NCBI GenBank assembly: GCA_029717555.1
Contig: JAMDHS010000059.1
Location: forward strand, 1-64,000
DNA length: 64,000 nt
Direction of reading: 5' to 3'
Source: Peribolospora baueri
Lineage: Eukaryota
Positions 61,601 through 64,000 of this stretch are shown piece after piece; position 1 is the first letter of the stretch, and each line of letters opens with the position of its first letter. Position numbers and translations under genes: made by a program. The notes under the pieces were generated by a model. The model worked only from the letters and a program-made list of their open reading frames with translations. It was not told where the DNA came from and made no database searches.

Positions 61601-63918
61601 ATGGCCTATCCCGGTCAAGGTCATCATCATCATCACCATAGCGGCTACGGAGGGTGAGCGCTCAGGCGAGTGGGGACTGCCCCCGCAAAGCCAGGGTCGG
61701 CTGGAGACGTCCACGGCGTATCACTGTCACGACTGAACTTGAGAGTGGCAAAAACGTTTGCTCAACGTTTTTTTTGTTGGCTTTCCGCTAGCCCGCCTCC
61801 AATGGTGGGTATGCCGGCGCCTGGTCCAGGCTACAACCGACCTGGCTACTATGAACGGTAGGTGTGCCCTTGTCGCCCCCTCGTCACCCGTATCCCCTTC
61901 GGAACCCAGCCCACCTCACCCACGCCCTTCTTCTTTTTCCCTTTCCTTTCACCCCATTACAGCGACTTCGCTCCCCCTTCAGGCGGACCACCCCCGGGAT
62001 ACGGCGGAGGTGGCTGGGCGCCGCCTCCTGGCCCACCCCCCAACGAGTATGGAGGTGGTGGGTATGCATCTCCGCCTGGACCTCCGAGGGACGGGTATGC
62101 GCCTCCGTCTGGACCTCCGCCGATGCGTGAGTACCTGCACAACAGAAGGCCCTATGTGTCCCTGACAAATAGGTGGTGACGCGCTCACCCCCGCCCGTGG
62201 CGCCTTTTTTTTTCTTTGCAGAGTACGAAGACGGCCCCATCGGACCTCCGGAATACCAGCATGCCCCTGCACGCTTTGAACTCCCGGCGAATAACCAGAT
62301 GGGCGATTTCAGATGGGAATATTCTAACTGCACGGGCAGGCGCAAGGCGCTCCTCATTGGCATCAACTACGTCGGTCAGAAGGCGGAGCTGCGCGGATGT
62401 TGGAATGACGTAGAGAACGTGAAGAGGTTCATCACAAGTGAGTGGACGGACGAGCGAGCATCGAATTGGCCTACGCTGGAGGGGCGAGGGAGATTGGTCG
62501 GGGACTGATGGAGCGCCTTTTGTGTTTCTCCTCTTCGTGACAGGTCGATATGGCTACGAGGAGGACGACATCGTGGTCTTGACCGATGCGGCCAGGGACT
62601 TCCGCTCGCAGCCGACGAGGCAGAACATGGTGTGTCTCGCCTCTTGGTCGTCCGTTGTGAGTCTGCTTTGGACGTGCATTGACCTTTGCCCATCCCGTCT
62701 TCATTTGCAGACCGCCGCCATGCATTGGCTCGTCCGAGATGCACGACCACACGACTCGCTCTTCTTGTGAGTGCTTTTCCATTGTGAGTCGTTCAGTCGA
62801 GATGCCATTCTGATCTCATCTTTCGTTCTGGCTTGTTGCTATGCCAGCCACTACTCGGGCCACGGCGGACAGGCTCCAGCGACCGAAGGGGACGAGGAGG
62901 ATGGGATGAACGAGACGATCATCCCTGTGGACTATCAAGTGGCGGGCGAGATAGAGGATGACGTGAGTGTGAAACGCACGCCCATCCAGCGTTTTCTCAT
63001 CGTTAATGGCTCCTCGCTGTGAATTTTTCTTCTGTTTGTATCGTCAACAAACAGGAACTGCACGCCATCATGGTCCGCCCGTTGCCAATCGGCTGCCGAT
63101 TGACCGCCATATTCGACAGCTGCCACTCCGGCACGGCGCTCGACTTGCCTTACATTTATTCCACTTCTGGAAAGATCAAGGAGCCGAACCTGTGCGTGCG
63201 CTTTGTCTTCTTCTCATCTGAACCTTGTCCGACGTTGCACACGGTCAGGCCAAACGTCCGGTCTCATCCTTCGTCACTGTATCCTCTGACCCATGTATTC
63301 AGGCTCGCCGACGCCGGCAAGGGGATTCTCGGCGCTGGCATGTCCTACGCGCGGGGCGACATCGGCGGCGCCCTCATGGGGCTCTTGAATACGGGGAAGC
63401 AGGCCATCAGTGGCAACAGGGCGGAGGAGATCTGTAGGGCCACGAGGAGTTCTGGTGCGGACGCCATTTGTGAGTCCTCCGACCCACCCACGAGACGACG
63501 TGAAAAGACACCGGTAGTGAGATAGGAGTACGAACAACGCTCTGACGTCTTCGTCGTTCACTCACCCTCCTTCCTCTTCAGCCTTTTCGGGATGCAAGGA
63601 CAGTCAGACGAGCGCCGACGCCTCTGAAGGTGGCCAAGCGACCGGCGCCATGAGCTGGGCCTTCATCCAGGCCTTGAGTGGGTAGAATATCCTTTCTGGC
63701 CTCGCTTTCGCTCTCCATCTTGTCCCACTCTCCTTCGCTGACCTGATACGCCAACGTCATCGATTCTGTCTTTTTGCGTCCTCGTAGCGCAATACCCGCA
63801 GCTAACCTACATGCAGCTCCTCAACTGCGTACGCGATATCCTCCGCTCAAAGTACAGCCAGCGACCTCAACTCAGCGCCAGTCATCCCTTCGACGTCAAC
63901 TTGGTCTTTCGCATGTAG
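61601..63918 (+). CDS. MCA1: Type I metacaspase with P/G/Y-rich prodomain
   Basis: [17 protein letters not shown], catalytic HYSGHGGQ and [31 protein letters not shown] 63916-63918. Confidence 0.97.
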
Positions 63919-64000
63919 CGTGTCTTCCCTATTTTGCCCGGGTCTTTGTATCGCTTCGCCGAAAGATGTTGTATCGTGGGGACCGTTTGTGTGGAACTCG

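Overview
Gene-dense, intron-rich, GC-rich fungal genomic window, most likely a basidiomycete (GTGAG/GTAAG...CAG introns of about 80-170 nt, and the character of the protein sequences). About 23 mostly housekeeping genes can be reconstructed by hand-splicing: RRP43, IMPDH, a Gag1-like clamp protein, LSM3, U1-C, SMC5, an AXL2-like protein, NDUFAF3, a peroxisomal Nudix CoA diphosphatase, LDAH, AIM19, AIM22, RRN3, SWR1, APM1, MDM12, RIX1, SEC10, LIP2, an AUH-like hydratase, a CNBP/GIS2-like protein, 14-3-3, KSH1 and metacaspase. Many sit in tight head-to-head pairs. Non-housekeeping content: a 129-bp tandem repeat at the left edge, an orphan His-rich secreted protein (32.4-33.1 kb), and an accessory patch at 57.3-60.0 kb with a disabled protoglobin-domain gene, CpG-depleted DNA and a frameshifted copia gag fragment. 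The most intriguing unexplained signal is a ~390-nt non-coding segment (54.24-54.63 kb) that hand-folds into nested helices, with a telomere-template-like CTAACCCT immediately 3' of a long hairpin. It is a candidate structured ncRNA, possibly telomerase RNA, but this is unproven. All family calls come from motif recognition rather than database searches, and exon boundaries are manual.
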